Assembly (NCBI GenBank): GCA_036803025.1
Contig: DAIRVC010000001.1
Span: 1 to 55,826, forward strand
DNA from: Anaerolineales bacterium
Lineage (GTDB): Bacteria; Chloroflexota; Anaerolineae; Anaerolineales; E44-bin32
Direction of reading: 5' to 3'
Length of the DNA: 55,826 nucleotides
The notes beneath the pieces are model-generated. The model was given only the letters and a program-made list of their open reading frames with translations. It made no database searches and was not told where the DNA came from. Shown here one piece after another: positions 54,084-55,826 of the stretch; position 1 is the stretch's first letter; each line of letters begins with the position of its first letter. Position numbers and translations under genes: made by a program.

Positions 54084-55229
54084 GTGGGCATGGAGTCCGT
54101 GAATCTCGAGGGCGGAGAAAACCCCAAGGTGCATATCACGTCCGTCGGTGGGGACCTGCGTCTGACGGGGCGCGGCGGGACCACTGTCGAGGCGCAGGCC
54201 GGGCCGCGCGGCGCGCTCAGCGCGCGGGAGGTGGGCGACGGGATCGAGATCGCCTGCCGGTCGGCCTGTCTGGTCTTCCTGCCCCCGGGCGCGCTGGTCA
54301 CCGCCGACAGTGTCGGCGGCGACGTGCGGGTGACCGGAATGTCCGGCGACCTTGCCATCGGGACCATCGGCGGCGACCTGGTTCTTCGACGCGCCGGCAA
54401 GGTGACGCTGACGCGTGTCGGCGGCGACGCCGTCCTGAGCCGTGTGGCCGGTGGTCTGTCGGCCGAATGGATTGGCGGCGACGCCGTGCTTCAGCAGGTC
54501 GACGGCCAGGTGAGGCTGCGCTCCTTGGGTGGCGACCTGGTCATGGAGGGCGACGGTCGCGACGTGGAGGTGACGGCTGGCGGGGACGCCCGGCTTCGCC
54601 TGACACCGGTGCCCGGCGGGCGCTGTGTGGCGCACGCCGGCGGCGACCTGGCCTGCCGGCTGCCGGACGAGGCTTCGGCGCGCCTGGTGCTCAAAGCGGG
54701 CGGCGACCTGGATATCGGCGCCAAGGGCGTGACCGGGCGTAGCGGCGAGGTCGTCACGCTGGAGATGGGGACTGCCGAAGCGCTGATCGAGCTGACCAGC
54801 GGGGGGGACCTGAAGGTCAGCGGGGCTGGCAAGTGGGCCGGCGCGGATGTCGATCTGAGCGACCAGATTCGCTCACAGGTCGAAGCCGAAATGGAGGCGG
54901 CGCTGGCCCAGGTGGAGGCAAGCCTGGAAGCCATCGAGGGCGGGCCGATAGGGATCGACACCGACCGCTTGTCGCGCGACATCCGGCGGGCGACGGACCG
55001 TGCCCAGCGGCGGGCGGTGCGGGCGCGCGTACGTGTTGAGTCGTCCGGCCGGGGGGAAGGCTGGCGCGACGGCTTGCCGCGCGGCGAAGCCTTCGAGAAT
55101 GCGAGCCCCGCGGCGAAGGCCGATGCCTCCGAACAGGAGCGCCTGACCGTCCTGCGTATGCTCGAGCAGGGGACGATCAGCGTGGATGAGGCCGAGAAGC
55201 TCCTGCAGGCGCTGGAGCCCGGCGCTTGA
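54084..55229 (+). CDS. DUF4097-like beta-helical repeat protein with C-terminal SHOCT-like helix
   Basis: A periodic GGDL/GGDV/GGDA repeat recurs roughly every 20 aa. The C-terminus reads ERLTVLRMLEQGTISVDEAEKLLQALE. Confidence 0.55.
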   Translation: MGMESVNLEGGENPKVHITSVGGDLRLTGRGGTTVEAQAGPRGALSAREVGDGIEIACRSACLVFLPPGALVTADSVGGDVRVTGMSGDLAIGTIGGDLVLRRAGKVTLTRVGGDAVLSRVAGGLSAEWIGGDAVLQQVDGQVRLRSLGGDLVMEGDGRDVEVTAGGDARLRLTPVPGGRCVAHAGGDLACRLPDEASARLVLKAGGDLDIGAKGVTGRSGEVVTLEMGTAEALIELTSGGDLKVSGAGKWAGADVDLSDQIRSQVEAEMEAALAQVEASLEAIEGGPIGIDTDRLSRDIRRATDRAQRRAVRARVRVESSGRGEGWRDGLPRGEAFENASPAAKADASEQERLTVLRMLEQGTISVDEAEKLLQALEPGA

Positions 55230-55826
55230 CCGCCGCCATCCTCAGCCGCACGCGGGCCAATCGCAGCGGGATGCGCCCCATCGACGGGCGCCGCGACCTG
55301 GCTGCCGTGGCGCGCTTGATCGGGGACGTCTTCGCCGGCCGCCTGGATGGCCATGGCCGGCGCATGCTGCGCGAGATGCGCTGGGTCGGGGGCGCCGGAT
55401 GGATGGGCTGGCTCGTCGGCTGGATGCTCCTGCCGTCGATGTCGCCTCCCTTGGGATTCGTCTGGGAAGACGCCAGCCGCCTGGTCGGCAACGCCAGCCT
55501 GCTGCGCGTCGAGGGGTTTCCCGAGCGTTGGGTGGTGGCGAACGTCGCCGTACGGGAGGGCTTCCGTCGCCGGGGGATCGCCCGTCGCCTGGTGCAGGGA
55601 TGTCTCGACCTGGCGCGGGATCAGCATGCGCAGCGCGTGCTGCTGCAGGTGGACGCTGACAACGCGGGCGCGCAGGCGTTGTATCTTTCCCAGGGATTCC
55701 GGGTGCTGACGACGCGCACGGCCTGGTCCCGGTCAGCCTCACGGTGGGGGAGTGCCGAGCAGGGGTCCAGCCCGGCGCGCCCGCGCCGCCGAGGAGAGTG
55801 GCAAGCGCAGTGGGAGCTCGCCCGCC
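55226..55826 (+). CDS. GNAT-family N-acetyltransferase (3' end outside window)
   Basis: The frame is open to the window edge by hand translation. The acetyl-CoA motif VAVREGFRRRGIARRLV is followed by LLQVDADNAGAQALYLSQGF. The start is TTG 55226 (TTGA overlap) or ATG 55271. Confidence 0.6.
   Translation, partial: MTAAILSRTRANRSGMRPIDGRRDLAAVARLIGDVFAGRLDGHGRRMLREMRWVGGAGWMGWLVGWMLLPSMSPPLGFVWEDASRLVGNASLLRVEGFPERWVVANVAVREGFRRRGIARRLVQGCLDLARDQHAQRVLLQVDADNAGAQALYLSQGFRVLTTRTAWSRSASRWGSAEQGSSPARPRRRGEWQAQWELAR

Overview
High-GC bacterial chromosomal window, about 50 genes on both strands. Gene content (bacterial translin, DUF3467, many lipobox lipoproteins, TATAAT boxes 7 nt from start codons) suggests a Chloroflexota-like organism; that is inference only. 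Most of it is housekeeping: wecB (partial), GT4, dnaN, ssb, nadK-recN, clpC-like AAA+, bfr, moaA, surE, rlmD-like, two pcm copies, three sensor kinases, an ArsR/P1B-ATPase pair, an M1 peptidase and a GH5 lipoprotein. No rRNA, tRNA or CRISPR array was recognised. Six things stand out. (1) A cobalamin riboswitch with promoter and attenuator precedes an operon for a membrane-tethered alpha/alpha-toroid protein, an EcfT-like protein with extra TM helices, a fused double ABC ATPase and an HD hydrolase, with no recognisable S component. (2) A tight DUF3467-translin-Cas4-like operon lies between ssb and nadK-recN. Its Cas4-family nuclease is split into two membrane-anchored ORFs that share the Fe-S cysteines. 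(3) Two gap-free copies of a 255-bp tandem repeat (about 84% identical) sit in a 1.07-kb non-coding gap upstream of ssb. (4) Two tandem paralogous four-module lipoproteins. (5) A RAYT-like tyrosine transposase carries the same 32-bp palindrome inside its own CDS and just downstream. (6) Two enzymes have unusual catalytic motifs: CAC instead of CPC in the P1B-ATPase, and Phe2 instead of Pro2 in an Fpg/Nei homologue. All family calls come from motif recognition by eye. No database search was run.
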